Source of the DNA: the human T2T-CHM13v2.0 reference genome, Homo sapiens
Assembly (NCBI RefSeq): GCF_009914755.1
Contig: NC_060947.1
Length of the DNA stretch: 64,000 nucleotides
Direction: 5' to 3' (one strand)
The notes below the pieces were generated by a model. That model had not been told where the DNA came from, searched no databases, and was given only the letters and a program-made list of their open reading frames with translations. The translations under genes were made by a program, and so were the position numbers. Positions 26,901 to 50,551 of the stretch are shown in pieces (position 1 is the stretch's first letter; each line of letters begins with the position of its first letter).

Positions 26901-28325
26901 AGAATGGCAATCATTAAAAAATCAGGAAGCAACAGATGCTGGAGAGGATGTGGAGAAATAGGAACGCTTTTACACTGTTGGTGGGAGTGTAAATTAGTTC
27001 AACCATTGTGGAAGACAGTGTGGTGATTCCTCAAGGATCTACAACCAGAAATACCATTTGACCCAGCAATCCCATTACTGGGTATATACCCAAAGGATTA
27101 TAAATCATTCTACTATAAAGACATATGCACAAGTATGTTTATTGCAGCACTATTCCCAATAGCAAAGGAACCAACCCAAATGCCCTTCAATGATAGACTG
27201 GATAAAGAAAATGTGGCACATATACAACATGGAATACTATGCAGCTATGAAAAAGGATGAGTTCATGTCCTTTTTGCAGGGACATGGACGAAGATGGAAA
27301 CCATCATTCTCAGCAAACTAACACAGGAACAAAAAACCAAACACTGCATGTTCTCACTCATAAGTGGGAGGTGAACAATGAGAACCCATGGACACAGGGA
27401 GGGGAACATCACACACCAGGGTCTGTCGAGGAGTTAGGGGCTAGGGGAGGGATAGCATTAGAAGACATACCTAATATAGATGACAGGTTGATGGGTGAAG
27501 CAAACCAGCATGGCACATGTGTACTTATGTAACAAAACTGCCTGTTCTGCACATGTATCCCAGAACTTAAAGTATAATAATAATTTTTTAAAAAACACAA
27601 TGAGATACCATCTCATACCAGTCAGAATAGCTGTTATTAAAAAGTCAAAAAATAACATATGCTAATGAATTTGCATAGAAAAGGGAACACTTATATCTTG
27701 CTGGTGGGAATATCAACTAGTTCAGCCATTGTCGAAAGCAGTTTGATAATTTTTTGAGTAATTTAAAACAGATTCCCCTTTCAACCCAGCAACCTCATTA
27801 TTGGGTATTTACCCAAAGGAATATAAATGTTTCTGTATAAATACACATACACTCATAGGTTTATTGCAGCACTATTCACAATAGCAAAGACATAGAATCA
27901 ACCTAAAGGCCCATCAGTGGTAGACTGGATAAACAATGTGGTACATATACACCATGGAATACTACACAGTCATAAGAAAGAACAAGATGAATTCTTTTGC
28001 AGCAACATAGATGGAGCTGGAGGCAATTATCCCATGTGAACTAATACAGGAACAGAAAACTAAATACCACATGTTCTCACATATAAGTTGGAGCTAAACC
28101 CAAAGAATAGAAAAACAGATGCCAGGGCCTACTCGAGGCCAAAGGTGGGAGAAGGGTGTGAATAGAAAAACTACCTGTTAGATTCTATGTTTATTATCTG
28201 TGTGACAAAATAATCTGTTTACCATTTCCCCATGGCATACACTTTACCTACGTAATGAACCTGCCCATGTACCTCTGAACCTAAAATAAAAGTTAAAAAT
28301 AACAATAATAATAATAAATAAACAT
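20959..28325 (+). mobile_element. Full-length old L1PA (about PA13-16) with a long GC-rich 5'UTR; part of ORF2 replaced by a younger L1PA
   Basis: 5'UTR 20960-22530; ORF1 to ~23560; endonuclease SVNGL...CCLQETH (23663-23866); 3' end gaacctaaaataaaagtt at ~28280. Confidence 0.88.
25270..27592 (+). mobile_element. Younger 5'-truncated L1PA (PA7/8-like) within the older L1
   Basis: Well-preserved ORF2 fragments 25278-27026; its own 3'UTR ending cccagaacttaaagtataataa. Confidence 0.88.
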
Positions 28326-28329
28326 AAAA

Positions 28330-28900
28330 ACAACCTTCATAGCAACATCCAGACATGTTTAAACAAATATCTGGATGCTGTTTCCTAGCCAAGGTGATAC
28401 ATGAAATCAAACATCACAAGTTCATCCCTTGTTTACCTGGCACTTACATACATCGTATTAAATTATATTTAACATCAAATAATGATAATTGCAAGATCAT
28501 GATACCACCTAACGTGATACAACCATTATATACACAACTGAACATACACTAGCCCCTTCTCCAGGAAAGGATGAAAAGTCCTTTAGTTACATTCATTCTT
28601 CTACTTCATGGTCTATAAATTATATACTGTGATGTAAAGTTAACAATACTTAAATACTATAGTATAAACTCAAAAATCTTCTAATACACATGCACATGTA
28701 TTCACAACAAATTAAGAAAGAAATACTCATAACAATTACAGTTCTTTCTGTAACTAATGACTAGCCATAACTGATTTTTATAATTTCCTTCTTCCACTAA
28801 ACAATCCAAATTCCCTTTTTACTCAGCAAGCACCCCAGCTGGCCATGGCTCTTTACCTGATGGGGTGACACAAACTTTCACTTCTGAAAAACCTTCATTC
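28330..28900 (-). mobile_element. MLT1-type LTR fragment plus adjacent MaLR internal sequence
   Basis: agccaaggtgatacatgaaatcaaacatcaca (LTR terminus ~28418), followed by MaLR-int-like sequence. Confidence 0.65.
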
Positions 28901-29109
28901 CTGAAAGAACTGTTTAACAAAATTACAAATCAACATGCCCTTTGACAAACCCAACTTATAAAAATATATTCTATAGATATACTGTCATGATATTAATTAT
29001 AAATTTATAAGATTATTTATTACAGCATTTTTATAGTAAAGACAACCTAAATTACCATGAATGGGGAACTAGTTAATATGGTTGTACCAAATGCCAATAA
29101 AATTAATGG

Positions 29110-30010
29110 AGTAAAGACCTCTAAAAAGTCTCCACTCAATAAAAGCTATAAGAAACTGGCAAAATTTGTCAGGACAAACTTTTTCCAAATTCTAAAAATT
29201 GTTCAGAGGCCTGCAGCAATTTTGGGAGCATTTATTCAGGAAATAACTTTAAATTAGCCATTGTAAGTACTTCTAAAGGACTAAAGAAAACTGTGTCTAC
29301 AAATCTAGTTAAAATGGCATCAGTCCCCAAATTAATCTACATATTCAAGGCAATCCCTATCTAAATTCCAATGGCAGAGATGTGGAGAAATAGAAAACCT
29401 CATACATTGCAGATAGGAACATAAAATAGCACAGTTACTTTAGGAAAAGAGTTTGGCAGCTCCTCAAAGTATTAAACATAGAATTACCATATTCCACACC
29501 TAGTTATATACCCACAATAATTTAACACACATGTCTACACAGAAATATTTACACACTGATGCTTATTATAGCATTATTCATAATAGCCAGGAAAAGAAAA
29601 CAACCTAAATATTAAAACACTAATAAGTGGGTAAGCAAAAAGTAGTGTATCCATACAAAGGAATAATATTCAGCAATAAAAATAAATGAGGTATGATATG
29701 TATTGCAACATGGAGAAACCTCAAAAACATTACACCAAGGGAAAAATAAAAATAGCCATTTATGTATGAATTCATTTACATAAAATGTCCAAAATAGGTA
29801 ACATCATAAATACAAAAAGTAGATTGGTGGTTTCCAGGGACTGTGGGGGCAGGGGAAAAAATACTGAGCATGAAGTTTCTATTTGGGGGGATAAAATATT
29901 CTGAAATTAGTGGTAATGCTTGGATAATTTTATAAATACACTAAAACCACTGAATAATACCATTCTAACGGATTTTTTTGATGTATGAATTATATCACAA
30001 TGAAAATATT
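29110..30010 (+). mobile_element. L1M/L1MB fragments (5' piece, ORF2 end, 3'UTR)
   Basis: agtagattggtggtttccagggact ... ctaaaaccactgaat. Confidence 0.7.
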
Positions 30011-30715
30011 CAGAGGAAACATTAATAAATTATTGTACAGCCATATAGTGAAATACTGAGCATCCATAAAAATGAATGACATCATATTCATTATATTGAC
30101 ATCATATCCAAAATGCACTAAGTGTAAAACTTAAAGTGCAGAGGATTTTTACAGAAAAAGTGGGCTAGGGAACATGTACATACATGTATTTATTATATGG
30201 ATGCATGTACATGTACAATGTATGTAAAAGGAATTGAGAAACTTAACATTGGATGCCTGTGGCAAGGGGAACTGAATAATTTGAGACATATTTGCCATGG
30301 GGACTTTTCAATAGACACACTTTTGTTTTTTTTGAAATTTAAATATGTTAATACTTTGGCCTATGCAATACTAACAATTAAAATTCAAATTATCAATTTT
30401 ATTGTCAAAATATATGCAGTTAAAAGCCAATTATAAAACAGAAAAATATTTGAGCAGTTTATACAAACCAATAGTAATAATATTGACACCCAATAAAAAT
30501 ATATAAAAGATAACAGATAATTTTTAGAAGAGAAAATACAAAAGAGATATACATTTAAAACTCTTAAACATTATTAGTAATCTAAAATCAATAAAGCAAC
30601 TTATTTTTATCTTTCATGTTTGCAAAGATTTTAAAAATACCACCAATACTACCAATATCAATACCACCAATGTATTCACCAATACAGTAAGGAGTATGAA
30701 ATCTCGCATACTACT

Positions 30716-32535
<1,820 letters not shown>

Positions 32536-32671
32536 TGTACATTTTATCAGTTTTATTTTTCTATTTTAAAAATAATGTTTCTTTCAAAAAAAATTGGAAA
32601 AAACAGGGCTCAAACACCCAACACAAAATAACTGTAAACCTTTCCTTATTTGATAAACGTTTTAAGGGTGC

Positions 32672-32855
32672 TTTATTTATTTATTTACTTACTTACTTAC
32701 TAGAGATGAGGTGTGTGTTGCCCAGGATGGAGTCCAATGACTATTCATAGTGTGATCATAGTGCACTACAGCCTCAAACTTCTGGGCTCAAGTGATGCTA
32801 CTACCCCAGCCTCCTGAGTGGCTGGGACTACAGGGATCCATCACCATTCCTGGCC
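32672..32855 (-). mobile_element. FAM (fossil Alu monomer)
   Basis: Carries the 7SL-derived ctattcatagtgtgatcatagtgcactacagcc segment that dimeric Alus lack. Confidence 0.8.
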
Positions 32856-32859
32856 AGAT

Positions 32860-35800
32860 ACTTTACTTTTTAAGTACAAAAGAAATATGCTCATAGAAAA
32901 ATTTCAAGTGGTACAGAAAATGAAATGTGAAAAGTTAATATCTTCCTCAATTTTCTTTTTTCAGAGATAATTACTATGAGCATTGTATTGTGTGTCCTTC
33001 AAAAATTGGTCGGTGCATACATAAGTGTATTTATCATGTTTTATATCAAATGGATTATTCCATATTTAGTCTTCTACAATTTGTTTTTTTTAAAAAAAAT
33101 TATAGTTGAGATTATAGCATACTTACAGATTTATATTTTGCTTTTTAAATTTTGTATTATAAATATTCCTCTTCATATTTTAACCCTTAATAGGTATCAT
33201 AATAGTTGTCTTCGTTATATAAATATACTGCAATATACTTAAGCTGTCTCGTTGAGCATTCAGTTTTCTCTTAATGTTTGCTCTTCAATCAATTTAACAA
33301 ATATTTATTGAGTATTTATCAGGTGCCAGTTCCTGTACATGTCACTGCAAATACAACAGATATATATATCTGTACATGTACACGTGTGTTTGTGTGTGTG
33401 CGCATGTATGTGGACTTCATGAAGCTTAAATTCAAACTATTATAAATAACGCTGCAACAAACAACTTTGGGAATAAGTATGCCTCTGCCATGTCTTTCTT
33501 TTGCATAGCTACTTAAAAGTGGAATTCCCAAGTTAGAGGATATGAATATTTTAAGGTTTGAATATAAATTGCCAAATATCTCGTTACAAAAGCTGCATCA
33601 TTTTATGAGCTTGTACAAGTTACACAGGCAGATATCATGTCATTCTTACTATATCACTATATTTCCACCACCTGAGATAGTGCCTGTCACATATTAGGTT
33701 GTTAATACTTGTTTGTTTAATAAATGAACAAAATCTCATTAGCAGTCCATAAGAAAGTGGCTATCTCATTTTTCTTTCCAATGATGTGGTTGAATAGTTG
33801 AAGGTGTATTTTGGAGACAGTCTACCTGGATGGTATTTCTCCTCTGCTTGATATTAGCTGATAACCTTAGACAATTTACTTGACCTTTCTCTGTCTTAGT
33901 TTTCTTATCTATAAAGTGGAGCTAATAATAATATAACGTTATGGGGTAGTTGTAAGGATTAATAGATTAGAATTTTTGTTAATCTATTAATACATATTAA
34001 TGCATGTGTGTATGTATACGTTCACCAATGTATATTTCCAATATATATTTTGTGAATAATCTATTTATGCCTATATCTTTTTTCCTGTTAAAAAAACAGT
34101 ATCTTAGGGTTTCTCTTAGTGATTTGTATAAATTCTTCATTTTAAAAAATCAAGCAAACAAACCTTGGGCTCTGATGTCAGAGAATCAGAGTTTGAATTC
34201 TGACTGTACCACTAACTTTGTGAGTTTGAGAGAGTTAACTAAACATTCTATGTCTTCATTATGTCATCTCTATCATGAAGATTATAAGAATGTCTACCTC
34301 AAAGGGTTTTTATAATTGTTAAATTACTCATACTTACAAAGCACTTTTAGAAGTTCCAAATATGTATTAATGGCTTAATCAATGGTAGTTATTCTCACCT
34401 CTTACCAAGATAACTGTGATCTTCCTTCTGTTTCCAAATCACTCTCCGTCCATATTTCATCTTCTATACTGCTTTGAGACTCATCTTCCGAAAGACAGAT
34501 TTGCTCATTCTCTTTCTCCATCTCTACTAAATAATCTCTATCTCCTCATCACTACTAAATTAAGTCTAAATTCAGCATAGCATTTTAAGGCTTTCCACTC
34601 TCTTATTACAAATTACCCTTTCAGCCTTGTCTACATGAATGCCTACTCCTCCAACTTGGGCTCCTTGCTGTTTTGTGAATGTGCTTGTCACTTTCCCTTT
34701 TGTACACACTTACTTAAGCTATTCTTTCTTGCTTGAAATACTTCTCATTTTATTTCTACCTAGCAAAATTTATGCAAGTCTGGCTCAAATGCCATCTGTT
34801 CCAAGCAAAGTTTCTTGGTTCCTCCAAATGGATGGATGTGCTTAGTGCCTCACCTAAAGTAAAATTGCAGCATTTGCATATGTGTGCTATCCTTTATGAG
34901 ACAATAAGCTGCTTAAGGCAGGAACATTGTCTTTTTTTTCTCTACAGGGCTAAGCACTCAATAGGTGATCAATATCGACTTGTTAAATTGAAGCCCTGAT
35001 ATTTATAACTAGAATACTAGACTAATTCCTAAGCTTATTTCTTAGAATTCTTTGTTAAGATACTTTGATTGAAGGCAGGGGACTGTTGAATGTGTCCTAG
35101 AACAAAGAAGATAGAAAGCTTGCTGAAAATATTTTTAGACATGTATTTCTTTGATCAAAAATATTTATGGAGAACCTACCGTGTATGTATAAAGTGGTTC
35201 TTTCATAAGCATAGTCTTTTGTCCTAGGAGCTTACAGGTTTCCAGTCTAATATGTTTCTTTTCATTCGACAGACAAGAGAGAAAGAACAGGTAAGCAGAC
35301 AAGAAAGAATTAAAAATTGCTGAAAGTTTTACAAAAATGCAATAGAGTTGGAGTAAAACAAACACAAAACAAAAATGTTACTGAGATGCCCAGATACAGA
35401 GAAAACCATAAACTTTCTCCCTTTTTTTCCACGTGGTAGCCTAGGCTGAATCACTCGTTCATCTATTATTTATTCATTTGTGCTATTCAACAAACCTTTA
35501 CTGGGTGACTATTATGTGGAGAGCTGTGCTTAGTGGGTAGGAAAGACAGGGAGCTCATAGTCTGTGAGCTTAGGTAGCTACATTAATAACAATCATACAA
35601 GGTAGACAGCATAAAGAGTGTGTATTCTGGGAGGTCAAGAGAAGCAGGACTCACTGGGCTATAGCAAAATCACAGGGAAAAGTAAATCATAAAGGTCATT
35701 TTTGCTACCACACGGCTCACTGTGGGAGTTACAGAATTTATTAGAGGCACCTCCAATTGGCATTTGGGCAGTTTCTGATCCTTTTGGCCATCTATTGTCC

Positions 35801-36375
35801 TGTTAATTGTTCTCCAAAGTGGCATAAAAAGCACTGGAGATAGCATTTTAGTTTTGTTGTTTTCATTCCTAAATTTGAATTCATTATATTTTTTGGCCAT
35901 GTTTTTCCTGATTCTCTGATTTTCTCAATTTTAAAGTGGTAATCAGTCAGAAAAATATATTTTTATATACTGCACAGCTTTTTTTGCTTCATTGTTGGTG
36001 TTTTTGTCATTTATTAGCTCTGTGGCCTTGGATAATTTACTTTACTCTCCCAGTCTGCAAAATGGAGAGAGTAATAACACCTGCTTCATAAGATTGTTTT
36101 GAAAATTTAATGGCATGACTATAAAGTGCATGGAAGAGTGTGTACCCAATAAGCATGAGTTATCTTCCTTCTGACTCTTTTCATAAGATTCAAAGAAGAC
36201 AGCGTTTAGGAGTCAGAAGATGTCAACTACTTATGTGATGCTAGTCAAGTCATCAAACCACTTCAGGTCTCAGTTTTCTCATCTTACAATGTTGTTGGGA
36301 AGGCTCCAGGGCAAAATGGATGAGAATTAAAAAGCACTCTGCAAAACCATAGTGCACATGGAAATGTAAGTTGTT
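32860..36375. mobile_element. Mosaic of ancient L1ME, L2 and MIR fragments (MIR ~33790-33970, 34160-34395, 36010-36165, 36200-36375; L2 ~33285-33450, 34420-34990, 35150-35250, 35470-35650)
   Basis: MIR core (cttagttttcttatctataaagtgg; ctgcaaaatggaga) and L2 tails (aacaaatatttattgag). Confidence 0.65.
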
Positions 36376-36678
36376 ATTATTTGAATGCTGAGCAGTGCTT
36401 CTGGAATAACAAGGAAGCTATCTGGTAATTGTGATTCTGAAAGTGCCCTTAGTCAGGCTTCTCCCCTACTAAATTTATTTCCTAATAGAATGAGTTAAAC
36501 CTGCTGTTGTTGCTAATTAAAATGCTCTTATAGCTTAATGAAGATATCAGCTGCCCTGTGTATGTGTTGGGGAGGATAATTGAGGGGTATGAGTGAGTGT
36601 CTAGAATGTCAATCCACTGTTTTAAACACTTCATTTATTGGAAAAGTTTGAATTTCAGGCCATTTTTTTCCTCTAAGT

Positions 36679-37325
36679 TATGAACTCAAAATATCTGAAA
36701 CAGATCTCAATCAATTTAGAGAGTTTATTATGCCAAGGTTAAGGACATGCCCATGACACAGTGTCAGGAGGTCCTGATGACATGTGCCCAATGTGGTCAG
36801 GGTGCAGCTTACTCTTATACATTTTAGGGAGACATGAGACATTAAACAATACATGATGTATATTGGTTCAGTTTAGAAAGACAGGACAACTTGAGGTGGG
36901 GGCTTCCAGGTCATATGTAGATAAGAGAAAAAAGTTGCATTCTTTTCAGTCCTTGATCAGCCTTTCACTGAGTACACAACTTAGTCTAGCTCAATGAATC
37001 TGTATTTTTACATAAACAGTAGGGCAGAGGAAGCAATCAGATATGCATTTGTCTCAGGTGAGCAGAGTGATGACTTTCTGTCTCACACCTGTGAAGATAA
37101 GCTATCAGTTTACATTGCCAGGGTAAAATTCAACAGAATTGTTTTAGGGTAAAGATTTTGAGGCCCACAAGATATTTCCTGTGGGAAAATTGTGAAAGAG
37201 TCATGTAGCTTTTTAAAATCTTTGTAGCTATCTTATTTAGGAATAGAGTGGGAGGCAGGTTGGCCCAACCTCGCAGTTCCCAGTTTGACATTTCCTTTTG
37301 CTTAGTAATTTATTTTCCTTCTATA
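36679..37325 (-). mobile_element. MER4-family solo LTR
   Basis: Similar to the LTR at 37739 (aatatctga..agtttatt..gccaaggttaaggac); no TSD seen. Confidence 0.88.
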
Positions 37326-37429
37326 CCCTAAAATTAACAGCCATTCAGGAAACTTTCTGTGTTTTGTCATTCTGTCCCTTGCTCCTGGGGCAAAGTTTCT
37401 CATATGCTCCATGCATTTCTTACAAAATT

Positions 37430-37600
37430 GCCTCTCAAAATGTAGTCTTAACATTACCTGTATCAAAATCACCTAAGGGCATGTTAAAATGACAATGCAC
37501 AGGCCCCACCCCAGGCCTACTGAATGAAACCCCCTAGCAGTAGTACTGTCAAAACTGCATTTTAAAGCCTGCCCATTTGATTCTATATATGATAGCACTG
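37430..37600. mobile_element. MER5-type hAT DNA transposon fragment
   Basis: tcaaaatcaccta ... aggccccaccccaggcctactgaat. Confidence 0.7.
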
Positions 37601-38794
37601 ATGACTGCCTTAAACTAATTTAATAGAAATAATTTCTTAAAATACACAAACATGGTAAAAAATATTAAACAGTTCAAAAGAGTTTACCCTGAAAGGTAAA
37701 CCTCCCATATTTTCCCTGCTCCTCTGTCCAGATACAACTGTGAACCCTGAATATCTGAGACAGGTTAATTGAGAAAGTTTATTTTGCCAAGGTTGAGGAC
37801 ATACACCCATGAAAGCTTCAGGAGATTCTAATGACATGTGCCCAAGGTGGTCAGGGCACACCCTGGTTTTATTCATTTTAGAGAGAAATGAGACACCAAT
37901 AAATATATGTAAGATGTACATTGGTTGCCTCCAGAAAGGCGGGAAAAGCAGAAAGGGGGCTTTCGGGTCACAGGTACCTGAGAGACAAATGGTTGCATTC
38001 TTTTGAGTTTCTGATTAGCCTTTCCAAAGGAAGCAATTAGATACACATTTTCTCAGTGAGCAGAGGGATGACTGAATGGAATGGGAGACAGGTATTCCCT
38101 AAGCAGTTCCAAGCTTGACTTTACCCTTTAGCTTAGTGATTTGGGGGACCTAAGATTTATTTTCCTTTCACATTTTCCCCATTTAAAGAAAATATTTTGG
38201 AAAAAGCATTTTAAAAGAAAATGAGTCACCGGTCTCAGGTTTTGTCTGATCTCTCAAGTCTAGAAAGGTTTATTCCTAGATGGTGTGAAAGAAAATTAAA
38301 TTTTGGGACCCCAAACTCATTTAGCCAAAGGGAAAGGTCAAGCTGGGAACTGGGTCACACAAACCTGCCTCCATCATTTGGTTCCTAAATAAGATGGCTA
38401 CAAGATAAAAAGCTACGAGTCTCCCCCATATTTTGCCCACAAGGAAATTCCTGGTGAGATGTTGTAACTTCACTAGGGCAATGCAAATTGATAGCTTATC
38501 TTTACAAACACCCTGGCCTGTTAGACACAAATGCATATCTGATTGTTCTGCTGCCCCATTTTGTCTGTGTTATCTTATGTAAAATGCAGATTTCACACAT
38601 TTTTCCTTTGCCCCTTTTGTTATGTGAAAACTCTTTGCTTTCCAATATCCTGCCCTTTCCCCTTTAAATTTGGAGCCCTCAAAATCATCTTCAAAGAAAG
38701 GCATCGATCTGTCTCCCAGGTGTGTCCTTAACCTTGGCAAATAAACCTCCAAAGATGACTGAGACTTGTCTCGACATTTTCTTTGACTGACATC

Positions 38795-38812
38795 TGGTAA
38801 CCACGGAGGGAT
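38795..38812 (+). promoter_or_regulatory. Primer-binding site, tRNA-Arg-like
   Basis: tggtaaccacggagggat, 2 nt after the LTR; resembles the ERV9 Arg PBS TGGCGACCACGAAGGGAC. Confidence 0.75.
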
Positions 38813-39716
38813 CCTGAGTGAAAGTGACCTGGCCTACAGCTATTAGCCTCTTGGTGCTTCGTACTGGCTTGGGCACCTTATAGCTCGAACCAACAGGATG
38901 AATTTGCTGAAGTTTGGGACCTATTTCCTCCAGGGGTTCCTGATCTTCCAACAGTTTTTGATTGGGGGTCTGAAGTTTATTGGCTGTTAAAAAAAATCCT
39001 TTTTTTGTGGGAGTTTTTCCACCTGCTTCCACCAAGAAAGGCAAGCTCATCTGCTTCTGCAACGGCAGAGAGTGGTCTCCAGCTTGGAACCCATCACTAG
39101 GTAAGAAACTGGTTTGAGATTCTGTCTTGCAAATTCTCTAAATGACTAAAATTAGCATTAACAACCAGCTGGTGTCAATTTCCTGCTTATACTTAGAGTG
39201 CTCAGAAATCATACATTTTGTGTGATTATTATAAGTTTTGCTTAACTGCTTTGTTGTTTGTTTCTGTTTTTGTGTATGTGTATATTTGTATGTTTCTGTC
39301 CTTTCCCCTATCAGATTTGACCAACTCAGAACACTCTAGCTCATGAGTGTGGAGTCTCCCACTCCAAAGAAATAGAGCACCTTACTCCCTTCATTCAGCC
39401 TTTTGGGGCATTCTCAGGCAACTGAGAATCTCATGAGGGTGTCTAGGAGAAATGCTCCCTAAGACATGCAGCAGCTCTAAATAAGTTTCCCTTTCAGAAG
39501 AACATATTTAGTGTCTAATCTCAGCCAGCAGGTGCATATAAGGAGCCGACCCCTCTCACACCTTAGCTCCTGGCACATTTGTGCCAGGTAGCCACGACAC
39601 AGGTGGACCAAACCGGTTCAGAGGGGAACAACCTTGAAAAGCTAAGTTCGCAAGCAGCACATTTTGGGTTTGACACATGTACTGCCTTGGTCAAATCCAA
39701 AGAGGAGCTCTAAATT

Positions 39717-41220
39717 ATGGGAAACAAGGCCTCTAAGACCCCAGCAGCTGAGGAACATAAAGTTTCCCCTTTAGAACCTCTGGCCGAGTATATGCAAAAT
39801 ACTTAGGTGAACTGTCATGCAGATATTTAACCAAGTGGACCACTATAACTAAAGCAGATTCTAAGTTACAATGGCCTAAATAGGGATCTTTTGAGATACC
39901 CAAATTAGTGTACCTGTGAACCAGTATGGATAATGCAGGCACAAAAACTAAGCAATCAGAATGGAAGAGTTATTTTCAGTGGTATTTGGAGAGTAGTAAG
40001 AGGCAAAGGTAAACAAGCAGAAGGTAAACAAGCAACTTGGAAATGCTAATCAAGAACTCTCTAATTTTTCTTCTCTCTTAAAGAAATCCTCAGAGTCCCT
40101 TACTTTCCCCTTGGGACCCCTCCCTCCTCCACCTATACTTGCACTCTACCATGACCTCTCTGAACTTCTGGGGCAAGATTTGTTTTCCCCTTCTGCATGT
40201 TTAACACTTGCTCAACAGGAGGCAGTTGGGAATCTGACTTCAAAGACCCCATCTGCTGACAATTCCCTGACAGTCCCAATGGCCAGTTTTATCCCAGATA
40301 TGTGGAAAAGGGGGATTCCACAGGGATTTCTCTCATGATTGCCCCTTTTTGAGAACAACCAGTAACAGATAGGGGAACCCCAGTGACTGTTTACCAACCC
40401 TGGTCAAAGGCTGAATTACATGGCATAGTTAAAGCATTTCCTGACCCCCATAAAGATCCAATTGGGTTTGCCCGAGAATTTGAGCTTATTAGAACCTATG
40501 ACCCAGGTCATTCTGACCTTTATCAGCTAGTCCACATGTTGGTCTTAGAAGCTAAAGCTAAGGAATGGCTGGAGAAAGCAGAATGGTCAGACCCTATAGC
40601 AGACTTGACTCCTGAAGGTCCAGTAGAGCCCCCAACAACCAGCGCCCCCCTCCAAATCCAGGAGACAGGCATAAAGATGCGTAGGAACGAGCAGCCACTC
40701 TGTTAAATATTATTCCTTCAGTGTTCCAAAGGGTTGTGGATTGGAATAAAATCCAAAAATGCCACCAGAACACAAACAAATCAATTTTATATTATTTCAT
40801 GTTTTGATAAAACTTTAAGACACTCTTGCGGGATGTCAACTGATTGCTTTGAAAACAACAAAAATATACGTTATCGAATGCAAATTTCTTACATGGACTA
40901 CATGATGATTTAGCCACCCTTATAAAATGCAACATGACCAGCTGGGCCACAGCCAGAACTAATTAACCAGTTAACTTAGCTGACCAATTATCCTGCACTA
41001 CAATAAAAAAGAAAAAACAGAAGATTGCTCGAGTTATGCATTTAAAGCTAAAGCAATTAACTTCTCAACCGCTCAGCGTCAGATAGATTTTAGGCTCCCT
41101 CGGTCTGAGAACCCTTCCCTCCCAGTCTGCTACTACTGTAAAAGACCAGGACACCTTAAAACAGATGGCCCTAGGTTGAAACAAAAGAAAAGGCAGGAGA
41201 ATGAAACTCAGGAAGACTAG
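39717..41220 (+). pseudogene. gag: ERV gag (disrupted)
   Basis: MGNKASK myristoylation-type start; capsid YQPWS..FPDP..DLYQLV (40383-40706); degenerate zinc knuckle CYYCKRPGHLKTDG (41128-41169); TAG at 41218-41220. Confidence 0.9.
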
Positions 41221-45320
<4,100 letters not shown>

Positions 45321-45716
45321 AGCAGATGACAGCTGATGTGGACTGCTTAAACCCAAGACACAGGACCAGGCCTGTATATAAATAAATGCTTATGTTTGTT
45401 ATACAATTACTATTATAATTATTGTTCTAGATATACTGTCTACTGCTTTCTCGTAAGGAACAGGGTAATCCGGTTGTCTGATTTAACACACTTTAGTAAC
45501 TAAGATGAAGTTCACAGCCTTGCTATTATTAATCATGTATTTCTACACCTTCTTGCCAGTGTCACCCACTGATGCCCATGAAACAAACCTGTTTGTACAA
45601 TGGGCTCAGGATTATGCAGACAGGTTACAAAAGGACACTTGCTAAATATGCAGAATCATGCCTCTTTCCAGGGGCTCCTGGATAGAATACCAAAAATTTA
45701 TTACAGAAATGGTCTG

Positions 45717-50551
<4,835 letters not shown>

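Noticed and set aside
35429-35436. Palindromic E-box ccacgtgg
   Set aside because: A single short motif, expected by chance
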